Origin: an uncultured Bacilli bacterium
GTDB lineage: Bacteria; Bacillota_I; Bacilli_A; RFN20; CAG-826
Assembly: GCA_905235705.1 (NCBI GenBank)
Contig: CAJOML010000001.1
Location: forward strand, 12,118 to 76,117
DNA length: 64,000 nt
Direction: 5' to 3'
The notes under the pieces are model-generated. The model made no database searches and was not told the origin of the DNA. It saw only the letters and a list, made by a program, of their open reading frames with translations. The first letter of the stretch is position 1. Each line of letters starts with the position of its first letter. Shown here one piece after another: positions 1-8,622 of this stretch. A program made the translations under genes and the position numbers.

Positions 1-117
1 TTCTATGTCTGCGTTAATCTTGGTTATAACTACGTCCCCCCAGAACTCGAAAACCGCTCACTCCTCATCGATGGCGATTTAGGAGAAATCATCACCAGTT
101 TGGCAAAGGCAAAATAA
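1..117 (+). CDS. 3' end of an upstream CDS (C-terminal 38 codons, partial at window edge)
   Basis: Frame 1 is open from position 1 to a TAA at 115-117, followed by a hairpin terminator. Product is unidentifiable from the fragment. Confidence 0.3.
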   Translation, partial: FYVCVNLGYNYVPPELENRSLLIDGDLGEIITSLAKAK

Positions 118-150
118 AAATCCGAACCTATTCGTATATGCGGTTCGGAT
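107..150. terminator. Bidirectional rho-independent terminator (stem 120-128/142-150)
   Basis: Inverted repeat atccgaacc ...13 nt... ggttcggat. It is preceded by an A-run on the plus strand, which is a T-run for the minus-strand gene ending at 241. Confidence 0.55.
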
Positions 151-240
151 ATAAATGGCTTTTTGTCTTTATATGCCCATTTTGATACAAGGAACCGATT
201 TGGCTTTGGAGGAACCGCTTTTGAATCGACGGAACCACAT

Positions 241-2040
241 TTAGTAACGGTCGTCTTCATCATATGGATTATCTTCATTTTCCATATAATCATAAACCAT
301 ATAATTGACAAGCCTTCTTCTGACCTCTTCTTCAGGTAGTTCATCAACTAATTCCTCATATCTTTTACTTATTTCTTCGATTTTCTTATCGTATTCTCTT
401 TCTCTTTCTTCCAAATGTTCATAATAATGATTTCTTTCATCTATTGCTTGTTGGGCTTCATCAGGAAATATAGAAAAATACACCGCCATTTTATGCTTAC
501 AAATTGTTGATTTGCCAGCGGCATGAGGACAAGTGCAAGTGGATTTTCTAGGGTGGTTTATATTTAAATGAACATGATAATTTTCTGTTCCTTCTACTTC
601 GGCCTCATACTCATATTCATTTATTCTGTTTATTGATTTAACCCTATTGTTTTCGAAGTATTCTAGACCTCTCCAGTAAGAGTTATAACTACATATTTCT
701 CTCATTCCCATTATTGAATAATCTCCCAATACCCTGTTTTTCTCGATTCCATTCTCTTTAATATATCTTTTTTCATCACTATAAATAGTAGGTTTAGATT
801 TGCCTATTTTTTTAGATAATTCTGGAATAGTAATGTATTTGTTTTTTCTAATTTCACCTAGTATTGTTTTATCCAAATCGTTTATCTTATCGTTTATCTT
901 ATCATTTATCTTATCATTTAGAAAATTAGTATTTCTTAAAAATGTGAACGTGAAGCCAAATTCGTCGTTCTTATATTCGTAATCAACATTATTCTTAATA
1001 CACAAAGTAAAAGTTCTATCGAACCCGGTTCCAAATGCATCAATATATCCACACTTATAAAGGACTGATGCTATTAAAATATTCCGAATTTTGCTTCCAA
1101 TTTCTGATGAAGCAAATTTCATTGGATCTAAATTTTTATAAATTGATCCAGGATTATAGATGTTAATGGACGATTTAAAAATAACAATTTGATTGAAGTC
1201 GCCTTTAATATCATATTTACTATGAGCAAAACTATTAACTACTATCTCTCTAATGGCATTTAATGGAACTTCTGGCGTTTCAACTCTTTGTATGCCAATA
1301 ATATCCGATTTGTAGGAAATATGATTTTGAATATAAGAAGTTGCTTCCTTAATACACTCAAATATATTTCCTCTAAATTCTTTTATTTCACCAAACTCTG
1401 TCCTTGTATCTGTTGGATAATTAGCCTCTTTTAGCACAATTGGTTTTCCGTTTCCAAACAAATAGTAACCAGCTGTTTTTATTCTTCCGTTTTCATCAAC
1501 TAAATCCAGTTTAGTCAAAGCCTCACGAACATTTCTATATACATAATTCAGCCTGCCTTTGTCATTCGCAGTTCTAATAACATCAATAAGAAGTTCTTCA
1601 TCAATATCATCAAAAGAATAGTTAGTAGGTTTATCTTCCCATCTAGAATAATTGTCCTCTTTTTCTTCAAAATATTTTTGAAGCTGATTATTACTCATGG
1701 GAATATCGCCGTCGTCTACACGATAATAATAGCGGCCATAAGCCGAGTATGGAGTGTCGTCGCCTTCAACATAAACTCTAATGACGTCAACATTTTCATA
1801 TTTTATAGTCTTTACTTCTAGTTCAATCGGAAGAGGTTTTAAATTCGTTCTAATTTCATTAGAAATATCGGAAAGTGTTTTCTTTGAAATATCAAATCTA
1901 TAAGGCTTTTTTTCTGGAGTAATGCCAAAGAATAATTCACCTTTATGATTCTTATTCAGCATTGAGCTGAGTGAAATGACTCCTTCTTTCAATTGAGCCA
2001 AAGATTTTTTGTATTCGATAAGCGTGTTTTCGTCTTTCAT
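241..2040 (-). CDS. Schlafen/AlbA_2-domain protein with central ATPase-like/HTH region and C-terminal SWIM-type zinc finger; contains in-frame KIND x4 repeat
   Basis: 599-aa ORF. The N-terminus matches the AlbA_2 'divergent AAA' signature (EYKKS... GELFFGI...YRVDDGD). The C-terminus has C-x-C-x(n)-C-x-H (CTCPHAAGKSTICKH) typical of SWIM. GGAGG RBS 5 nt before the ATG. The gene is about 30-33% GC against about 47% in its surroundings. Confidence 0.65.
   Translation of the reverse strand: MKDENTLIEYKKSLAQLKEGVISLSSMLNKNHKGELFFGITPEKKPYRFDISKKTLSDISNEIRTNLKPLPIELEVKTIKYENVDVIRVYVEGDDTPYSAYGRYYYRVDDGDIPMSNNQLQKYFEEKEDNYSRWEDKPTNYSFDDIDEELLIDVIRTANDKGRLNYVYRNVREALTKLDLVDENGRIKTAGYYLFGNGKPIVLKEANYPTDTRTEFGEIKEFRGNIFECIKEATSYIQNHISYKSDIIGIQRVETPEVPLNAIREIVVNSFAHSKYDIKGDFNQIVIFKSSINIYNPGSIYKNLDPMKFASSEIGSKIRNILIASVLYKCGYIDAFGTGFDRTFTLCIKNNVDYEYKNDEFGFTFTFLRNTNFLNDKINDKINDKINDLDKTILGEIRKNKYITIPELSKKIGKSKPTIYSDEKRYIKENGIEKNRVLGDYSIMGMREICSYNSYWRGLEYFENNRVKSINRINEYEYEAEVEGTENYHVHLNINHPRKSTCTCPHAAGKSTICKHKMAVYFSIFPDEAQQAIDERNHYYEHLEEREREYDKKIEEISKRYEELVDELPEEEVRRRLVNYMVYDYMENEDNPYDEDDRY
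877..920. repeat. 12-bp tandem repeat ATCRTTTATCTT x3.7 inside the CDS (encodes KINDKINDKINDKIND)
   Basis: Direct reading: atcgtttatctt atcgtttatctt atcatttatctt atcattta. Confidence 0.9.
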
Positions 2041-2058
2041 ATAAGCTCCTCCGCTTCG

Positions 2059-2091
2059 AATTTATCTTATCATTTATCTTATCATTTATCA
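2059..2091. repeat. Same 12-bp repeat (ATCATTTATCTT x about 2.7) in the 5' leader of the AlbA_2-SWIM gene, 18 bp upstream of its start codon
   Basis: aatttatctt atcatttatctt atcatttatc lies between a TATAAT-like -10 (rc of 2116-2121) and the RBS. Confidence 0.9.
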
Positions 2092-2309
2092 ATAATTCCT
2101 ATGCATAAAAACGTAATTATAAGTGTAAAGAAATAGCTAGTCTGCAAAGCAAAAACGAGTCTCTTTCTAAGACTCCAAAAATGCGAAAAAGCCTTTGCAA
2201 TTTGGTTACTCCCTCTGGGTTCTGATACATACCTACTTTTTCAAAAAAATTCGATGTAATAAAAGAAAAAATCCCTAATACGAATCGTATCAAGGATTGT
2301 GTACTTAGA

Positions 2310-2396
2310 TGGTGGCCCCCGTCGGACTCGAACCGACACCTGCTCATCACAGAGTGGATTTTGAGTCCACCGCGTCTACCATTCCACCAGGGGGCC
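2310..2396 (-). tRNA. tRNA-Leu (anticodon CAA), type II with long variable arm
   Basis: The reverse complement folds as a cloverleaf: GGCCCCCTGGTGGAATGGTAGACGCGGTGGACTCAAAATCCAC...GGTTCGAGTCCGACGGGGGCCACCA. Anticodon loop is CTCAAAA. CCA is encoded. Confidence 0.9.
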
Positions 2397-2522
2397 ATGC
2401 GTTAAGCCTATTGGCCTGCGCAGGGGTAAATATATCACTAAATTGAATGTTTGGGTATGCTTTTTCGCCTTCTTGCCTTTATTAGGACAGTTGTTAAACT
2501 TTTCCCTAACGGGAGGTTGCCT

Positions 2523-3761
2523 ATGGATAAGGAAATCGAAGCCTTATGGCGAAAAGAGATAAAACGCCAGAACCAAGGAATTGAATTAATCGCCTCGGAA
2601 AATTATCCCTCAATGGATGTGACGAAGACGTGCGCCAGTATTTTCATGGCCAAATATGCCGAAGGATATCCGGGGAGAAGATATTATGGCGGCTGCGAAA
2701 ATGTCGACGAAGTAGAGCGTCTTGCCATCGAAAGGGCTAAACGTCTTTTTGGGGCAGAATATGCCAATGTCCAGCCTCATTCCGGCTCACAAGCAAACTG
2801 TGCCGCCTATCATGCCTTCTTAAAGAAAGGGGATAAAATCCTATCTTTGACTTTAAATGATGGCGGTCACCTTACCCATGGGAGTCCAGTTTCATTTTCC
2901 TCTCAAGACTATGATTTCGCCTTTTATCCATTAGGCGAAGACGGGCGTCTTGATTACGAATTGATCGCCAAGCGGATGGAAGAAGAAAAGCCAAATATGC
3001 TTCTTGCTGGCTATAGCGCATATCCGTTTGAGATCGACTTTAAAAAGTTGCGCGAGATTGTCGATGATTACAATTCGAAGCATGATGTGCATTGCTATTT
3101 TATGGTCGATATGGCCCATATCGCAGGCATCGTCGCAAGCGGTCTTACCCAAAATCCTGTGACATATGCCGATGTTGTGACTTCCACCACGCATAAGACG
3201 TTGCGTGGCCCTAGGGGTGGCCTAATCCTAAGTCGCGATGCAAGTTTTGGCAAAGCCATTGATTCTGCCATCTTCCCTTATTCCCAAGGAGGCCCGCTTG
3301 AACATATCATTGCCGCGAAAGCGGTGTGCTTTGGCGAAGATCTCAAGCCCGAATTCAAAGAATATATAAGACGTGTCTTAGAAAACACCAAAGCCTGCAA
3401 CGATGAACTCGCCCGCTTAGGGTGCGTTGTCTCAGGTACGGAAAATCATCTTTTCTTGCTCAATGTCTTGGATTCATTTGGAATTAATGGCAAGCAAGCC
3501 CAGGAAAAATTAGGCCAAATCGATATTACCGTGAATAAGAACATGATCCATGGCGATACCTTAAAGCCCGCCTATACTTCGGGTTTGCGTATTGGCTTTG
3601 CCGCGATCACTTCTAGAGGCGCAAGCAAGGAAGACGCGATTGAAATCGCTAGGTTGATTTTCGATTGTCTAAAAGACCCCGAATTCGATATTATTGAAGG
3701 ACGGAAGAAAGTCACTGACATTTCTTCACGGTGGCAAGATGTCACGAATTTGACGTTTTAA
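2523..3761 (+). CDS. glyA: Serine hydroxymethyltransferase
   Basis: Carries SHMT motifs (ASENY, HPHSGSQAN, the TTHKTLRGPRGG PLP-lysine region). GGGAGG RBS before ATG 2523. The ORF-track start at 2451 is an N-terminal over-extension. Confidence 0.9.
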   Translation: MDKEIEALWRKEIKRQNQGIELIASENYPSMDVTKTCASIFMAKYAEGYPGRRYYGGCENVDEVERLAIERAKRLFGAEYANVQPHSGSQANCAAYHAFLKKGDKILSLTLNDGGHLTHGSPVSFSSQDYDFAFYPLGEDGRLDYELIAKRMEEEKPNMLLAGYSAYPFEIDFKKLREIVDDYNSKHDVHCYFMVDMAHIAGIVASGLTQNPVTYADVVTSTTHKTLRGPRGGLILSRDASFGKAIDSAIFPYSQGGPLEHIIAAKAVCFGEDLKPEFKEYIRRVLENTKACNDELARLGCVVSGTENHLFLLNVLDSFGINGKQAQEKLGQIDITVNKNMIHGDTLKPAYTSGLRIGFAAITSRGASKEDAIEIARLIFDCLKDPEFDIIEGRKKVTDISSRWQDVTNLTF

Positions 3762-3772
3762 GGAGAACGAAG

Positions 3773-4663
3773 ATGGCCAAGCCAATTGTTTATTTTACAA
3801 AAGAAATCACCCCTGAAAGCCTAATCCGGATTTATGAGGCCTTAGGTGTGAAATTAAGAGGAAATATCGGAGTTAAAATCTCCACTGGCGAATATGGCGG
3901 ACATAATTACCTTAAGCCCGAATTCATCGGACCTCTTGTTGATTCGCTTAAAGGCATCATTGTCGAATGCTGCACCGCCTATGGCGGATCCCGTGAAGAA
4001 AAAGCCAAACACTGGGAAACGATTCGCGCCCACGGCTTCTTGCCACGATTCAACGTCGATATCATGGATGAATTCGGGGAAATCAAAATCCCTGTTTCCC
4101 GTGGCTTCCATTTGGATTATGACATTGTCGGAGAGCACCTGAATAATTACGATTCCATCCTTGTTTTGTCTCATTTTAAAGGACATATGATGGGTGGCTT
4201 TGGCGGTGCCTGCAAAAATATCTCGATCGGTATGGCTTCTACCGCCGGGAAAGCTTACATCCATTCCGAAGGACGGAGCACCGATTCGAAGAAATGCTGG
4301 GAAGAAGGAACCATCGCCGAACAAGACCATTTCCTCGAATCCATGGCCGATGCCGTTAGAGGTGTTATGGATTATGTGGGAAGGAAAAACATGGTCCATA
4401 TCAATGTCGCCAATCGCCTTTCCGTGGATTGCGATTGCGATTCTAATCCTTCCGAACCCAAAATGGGTGACTTAGGAATCTTCGCTTCCCTTGATCCGGT
4501 TGCCGTTGACCAGGCCTGCGTCGATGCAGTCAAAAACGCCAAAGACCCTGGCAAGGCCGATTTGATCGAACGTATGGCTTCACGTCATGGTGAGCATACC
4601 CTTGAAGCGGCTGAAGCGCTCGGAATCGGTAGCCGCGAATATGAATTAGTCGAATTAGCTTAA
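3773..4663 (+). CDS. Conserved uncharacterised protein, DUF362-like with C-terminal CDCD Cys motif
   Basis: AAGGAG RBS 7 nt before ATG 3773. 297 aa. Contains a VDCDCDSNP motif. Family assignment is from memory and not verified. Confidence 0.6.
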   Translation: MAKPIVYFTKEITPESLIRIYEALGVKLRGNIGVKISTGEYGGHNYLKPEFIGPLVDSLKGIIVECCTAYGGSREEKAKHWETIRAHGFLPRFNVDIMDEFGEIKIPVSRGFHLDYDIVGEHLNNYDSILVLSHFKGHMMGGFGGACKNISIGMASTAGKAYIHSEGRSTDSKKCWEEGTIAEQDHFLESMADAVRGVMDYVGRKNMVHINVANRLSVDCDCDSNPSEPKMGDLGIFASLDPVAVDQACVDAVKNAKDPGKADLIERMASRHGEHTLEAAEALGIGSREYELVELA

Positions 4664-5364
4664 CGATAATTTAAGTTGGCTTCGAAACAAACCCTATCAC
4701 CACATTGGCCACGAACATATGTGGCCTTTTCGTTTGTCAAAATATCTAAGGTTTCCCCTTCGGCGACTTCGCTTTCGTAATTGATTAAAAGTGAGGCAAT
4801 AGGATGATCCTGGTAAAAAGAAGTGGGGTGGATATCGACAAGTAATTCAATATAACGGGTGTTGTTCATATGGCCGTTAAGGTCGATATCGGAAGCCCTG
4901 ATGGTCCTTGAGAATTTATAAGTCACCTTTTCATCGGCGACGACTTTCCCGGGAAGAGGAAGCTCGCCTTCTAGCGAATTTGATTCCGCTTCAGGGAGAC
5001 CGGGCTTGAAAATCAGCCGACGCGAAGATGAATCGATCAAGGCTGAAAGGGAACAAATCTGAATTAAGGTTTCGCCTTGGCTGCTTTTAATAAGCCCTTG
5101 GCGAGGGAAGGCAAATCCTTTTTGTGGGTTAGGATAAGTCAAGAATTCGATATGGTCTAATTGGGATGGCTCTTGTTTGATTTCGACTTGGACGCGGGTG
5201 AAGACCCAAAGCTTGCCGGCGTTAGTGGTGACATCATGGCCATAACCGATTTTTTCGCAATCGGCGAAGGCGATATCTTGGAATAAACCAAAAAGAGAAG
5301 GCAATTTTAATTTTTGCCTTTTGTCGACCATCGTCGATTCAATCAAAATGTCTTTGCTGATCAT
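4660..5364 (-). CDS. Acyl-ACP thioesterase
   Basis: 234 aa. Overall similarity to Acyl-ACP_TE family hot-dog folds (LWVF...VEIK, NGHMNNTRYIELL). Confidence 0.7.
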   Translation of the reverse strand: MISKDILIESTMVDKRQKLKLPSLFGLFQDIAFADCEKIGYGHDVTTNAGKLWVFTRVQVEIKQEPSQLDHIEFLTYPNPQKGFAFPRQGLIKSSQGETLIQICSLSALIDSSSRRLIFKPGLPEAESNSLEGELPLPGKVVADEKVTYKFSRTIRASDIDLNGHMNNTRYIELLVDIHPTSFYQDHPIASLLINYESEVAEGETLDILTNEKATYVRGQCGDRVCFEANLNYR

Positions 5365-5374
5365 GGAGTTTTTC

Positions 5375-6490
5375 CTATATCGATAGGGCGATATCTTGGT
5401 CGATGACGATGATAAATTTATATTGAGGGAATTTTTCGCTTAAGGCAGCGGTGATTGCTTGTTGAATTTCCTTATATTTTTCTTCATCGAAATCAAAGAC
5501 CAAATCGAAGTTAACGATACCTTTCTCTTCATCAAGATAAAACCCGTGCATTTGCAAAATGGTTGGGTATTTGCGGATTTCTTCGCTGACGGCAAGCTTG
5601 ATTTTAGAAGCGATTTCGGAGCTTGTGTTCTCCGCGTAAATGCCGACAGTCATAATGATTCCGTATTTGACGAAGAGGTGTTCTTGGATTTCCCGTTCGA
5701 CTCTTTGGATATCTTTTGCCGGCATCGTTTCATCCACCCCGATATGGACGGAGCCGATAGAGCGATGCTCGCCATAGCTGTTGACGATGAGGTCATAGAC
5801 GCCATGGACTTCGGGAAAAGAAGCGACTTCTTCTTTGATGGATTTAGCAAGGATGGGATCGATGCGTTCCCCGATGATTAAGGAGAAAGAAGAACGCAAG
5901 ACATCGATGCCGGACTTGATGATGAATAAGCCAATGAGGATACCGAGATAACCTTCGATGTGGACATCGGCAAAGGTGGCAAGCAAGGCACCGACTAAGG
6001 TTGATAAGGAGAGAAGCGAATCAAGCAATGCGTCAAGGCCTGAACCTTTTAATGGCTCTGAATTGAGCTTCTTTCCTTTATAACGGAAATAAAATCCAAG
6101 GGCGACTTTAACGGCGATAGCTACTGCGATGATAATGAAGGAGTAGGTTTGGTAGGTCGCGATTTCTTTATTCACAAGCGAAGTGATCGATTGATAAATC
6201 GCCGAGCCACCGGCGAAAAGGATGATGGCGGCGATAATGGCGGAGGTTAGATATTCAACCCTGCCATGCCCATAGGGGTGTTTTTTATCGGGGCGCTTGG
6301 TCGCTAATTTGGTGCCGATGATGGTGATGGCCGAACTTAAGGCGTCGGTTAAGTTATTAACGGCGTCTAAAATAACCGAAACCGAGGATGCTAGGAACCC
6401 AACGACCGCCTTAAAAACGACTAAAACGACGTTTGCGATGATGCCAATAACTGAGGTCTTGATGATTTCTTTTTCGCGATTAATTGCCAT
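5375..6490 (-). CDS. Cation diffusion facilitator family metal efflux transporter
   Basis: Six TM helices, an HPYGHGRVEYL motif and a C-terminal cytoplasmic domain. ATG at 6490 overlaps the marR stop by 11 nt. The alternative GTG at 6520 lacks an RBS. Confidence 0.8.
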   Translation of the reverse strand: MAINREKEIIKTSVIGIIANVVLVVFKAVVGFLASSVSVILDAVNNLTDALSSAITIIGTKLATKRPDKKHPYGHGRVEYLTSAIIAAIILFAGGSAIYQSITSLVNKEIATYQTYSFIIIAVAIAVKVALGFYFRYKGKKLNSEPLKGSGLDALLDSLLSLSTLVGALLATFADVHIEGYLGILIGLFIIKSGIDVLRSSFSLIIGERIDPILAKSIKEEVASFPEVHGVYDLIVNSYGEHRSIGSVHIGVDETMPAKDIQRVEREIQEHLFVKYGIIMTVGIYAENTSSEIASKIKLAVSEEIRKYPTILQMHGFYLDEEKGIVNFDLVFDFDEEKYKEIQQAITAALSEKFPQYKFIIVIDQDIALSI

Positions 6491-6923
6491 TGCTACATTG
6501 GTCTCCGATGATTTTTTCACAAAGGGTTTTTAAAAGAGTTGCCTCTTCAAGGCTAAGATTAACGCAGCTTGCTACCTTCGACGGGATGGTTTTTAACTGC
6601 TCGCGTAATTCTAAGCCATTTTGGGTAAGGAAAATCTTTTTTTCACGGCGGTCGGTCCCGGTTGCTTTTTTGCTGACGAGTTTTCGCTTGATCAGTTTTA
6701 AAAGCAGCGGGGATAACGTGCCTGAATCTAGGCAAACGCAGTTTCCTAGCTCTTTCACGCTCACCCCATCGTGCTCATATAAGGAAAGGAGGACGATATA
6801 TTGGGTGTAAGTTAGCTCAAGCGGCGACAAGAAAGGCTGGTATAGCCTAACGATGGCTTTCGAGGCGGCGTAGAGAGGGAAACAAAGTTGATATTTAAGC
6901 TTTAAAGGTTCGTATTCGTCCAT
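6480..6923 (-). CDS. MarR-family transcriptional regulator
   Basis: 147 aa with a winged HTH (LTYTQYIVLLSLYEHDGVSVKELG...DRREK). Its start ATG overlaps the gpx stop as TAATG. Confidence 0.75.
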   Translation of the reverse strand: MDEYEPLKLKYQLCFPLYAASKAIVRLYQPFLSPLELTYTQYIVLLSLYEHDGVSVKELGNCVCLDSGTLSPLLLKLIKRKLVSKKATGTDRREKKIFLTQNGLELREQLKTIPSKVASCVNLSLEEATLLKTLCEKIIGDQCSNGN

Positions 6924-7390
6924 TATTTGCTTAACTCGGCTTTGATATCGTTTTCGATGGATTCCGGTTTTGCCATGCTTCCATAACGGGAAACGACGGT
7001 TCCATCGCGGGCAACGAGGAATTTGGCGAAGTTCCATTTGATACGGCCTTTCTTTTGGGATTTAAGATAGGCATATAAGGGGTGTTCGTTTTTTCCGTTG
7101 ACGTCGATTTTGTGGAATTGGGGGAAGCTGACATTATATTTAAGGGTGCAGAAGGAGTGAATTTCCTCGTCACTTCCAGGAGCCTGACCTAAGAATTGGT
7201 TGCAAGGGAAATCGAGGATGACAAAGCCTTGGTCTTTATATGTGTCATAAAGCTTTTGAAGCCCTTCATATTGAGGGGTGAAGCCGCATCCGGTCGCGGT
7301 ATTGACGATAAGCAGGACTTTGCCTTTGTATTCTTCTAATTTAACGTCGTTATTGGATTGATCTTTGACGACAATGTCATAAATGGTCAT
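6923..7390 (-). CDS. gpx: Glutathione peroxidase
   Basis: NTATGCGFT active-site Cys motif and FPCNQF motif. 155 aa. Confidence 0.85.
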   Translation of the reverse strand: MTIYDIVVKDQSNNDVKLEEYKGKVLLIVNTATGCGFTPQYEGLQKLYDTYKDQGFVILDFPCNQFLGQAPGSDEEIHSFCTLKYNVSFPQFHKIDVNGKNEHPLYAYLKSQKKGRIKWNFAKFLVARDGTVVSRYGSMAKPESIENDIKAELSK

Positions 7391-7448
7391 AAATAGGACC
7401 TCCTAATAAAATAAATTGTATGCAATATATTTTTCTTTGCAAGAGAAA

Positions 7449-8612
7449 TTACCATTTCGAAATCATCTCGGATATTTCTTTGAAATATGCGTCGTTTGCC
7501 TCTTCACGGAACTCTAGATTAGAAAGCGTTAACGAGCCCCCGTATTCGGTGTTGTTATTTAGGAGGCTTAAAGATAATGTGGCTTTGGATGGGTTTTTGT
7601 CCTCACTTCCATAATCAAGCGATAGGCTAGCTTTGGCGAGGTTTGATTCTTTGAGGAACTGCGATTCTGCGGAAAGATCATGGAGATAATCATTGGCGAT
7701 GCTAATTGCCGTCTCATCGAAAGCGATGTCATAACGGTTGAGGCTCTCTTCTTGCGTGGAGGTCACCAAGGTATGATGAAGGATGCCATTGATATCTCTT
7801 TTTTCCTCGCTTGATTTAGGGAGGATAGCTCCTTGCTTAGCAAAGGAGGCAAAGAGGTCCTGCGAGAAGAAAGAGTAGGGGTCAAAGGAGGGCAAATCGC
7901 TGGGAAGGGGTTCCTCCACCTTATGGAAATAACGAGGTTTCGTCTGTTTGCTCTTTTCGTCAACCGTCGTTAAGGCTAAGGAAACTTCCCCATCGATAAG
8001 GAAAATTTGAAGTTTCTCATCCTCTAATTTGGCTAGCCCCAAATCAACGTTAGAAAGAAGCGACTCATAAGTCTGATAAATCTCTGAAGAGGTTTCCTCT
8101 TCTTGTTTGAAGAAATCAAGGATGTTCTCTAAGACGGATTTACCTAAATCGGGATCGATGGAGAAAGACAAATGGATATTAGGAACCCCATCTTCGGTTT
8201 TTTGCCATTTTGAATCAAATAGAATCGAAGGGAGATTCAAGGAAGCTTTCGACGCGTTAACCGATAAGGCGGCACGGCCTTTTGCCCCGTGGAATAAGGG
8301 CGAATTAGAGTAGACCCTAACGGGACAAATCGAGGTTAAATTCCCGCAAGTTGCAGTGATTTTGACGTCTCCTAGGGCTTTTGCCGTCAATAATCCATTC
8401 CCGTCGACCGAAACGATATCAGGGTTGGAAGAAACATAACTAACGGGCTCGCTTCCAAAGTTAGGTTTAGCCGAAAGAGCGAAGGTTTTACCCACTTCTA
8501 AATTGACATGGTCAAGATTAAAAACCAATGCGGTAGGCTCACTTATAGAAGGGCCACAGCTAATTAGGGGAATCAGGCAAAGGGTAAGAAGAGAAAGATA
8601 ACGATGTTTCAT
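7449..8612 (-). CDS. Lipoprotein with Big_2 Ig-like domain, likely partner of the downstream-encoded ABC exporter
   Basis: Signal peptide with lipobox LISC|G. Region resembling Big_2 (SSNPDIVSVDGNGLLTAKALGDVKITATCG). GAGG RBS before ATG 8612. The ATG at 8630 has no RBS. Confidence 0.6.
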   Translation of the reverse strand: MKHRYLSLLTLCLIPLISCGPSISEPTALVFNLDHVNLEVGKTFALSAKPNFGSEPVSYVSSNPDIVSVDGNGLLTAKALGDVKITATCGNLTSICPVRVYSNSPLFHGAKGRAALSVNASKASLNLPSILFDSKWQKTEDGVPNIHLSFSIDPDLGKSVLENILDFFKQEEETSSEIYQTYESLLSNVDLGLAKLEDEKLQIFLIDGEVSLALTTVDEKSKQTKPRYFHKVEEPLPSDLPSFDPYSFFSQDLFASFAKQGAILPKSSEEKRDINGILHHTLVTSTQEESLNRYDIAFDETAISIANDYLHDLSAESQFLKESNLAKASLSLDYGSEDKNPSKATLSLSLLNNNTEYGGSLTLSNLEFREEANDAYFKEISEMISKW

Positions 8613-8622
8613 ATTCGATACC

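Noticed and set aside
30-347. 105-aa minus-strand ORF overlapping the terminator and the 3' end of the AlbA_2-SWIM gene
   Set aside because: Low-complexity. It spans a terminator hairpin and the stop of a well-supported gene, and has no RBS. Likely spurious.
241-2040. SWIM zinc finger as an indicator of a MULE/Mutator-type transposase
   Set aside because: No DDE or transposase core and no terminal inverted repeats. The rest of the protein is AlbA_2/wHTH, so the SWIM is a DNA-binding module here.
2413-2424. Palindrome CCTGCGCAGG next to the tRNA-Leu 5' end
   Set aside because: Only 10 bp. Plausibly chance or part of the tRNA promoter context. No supporting features.
2451-2522. N-terminal extension of glyA in the ORF track (MGMLFRLL...)
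   Set aside because: A strong GGGAGG RBS precedes the internal ATG at 2523, which matches the conserved SHMT N-terminus. The extension has no RBS.
3854-4399. Antisense ORFs inside coding regions (e.g. 3854..4399, 5459..5881, 15816..16361, 22574..23011, 43591..43857, 62098..62457)
   Set aside because: They lie fully within longer ORFs that carry strong family motifs on the opposite strand or frame. This is typical of shadow ORFs in coding sequence.
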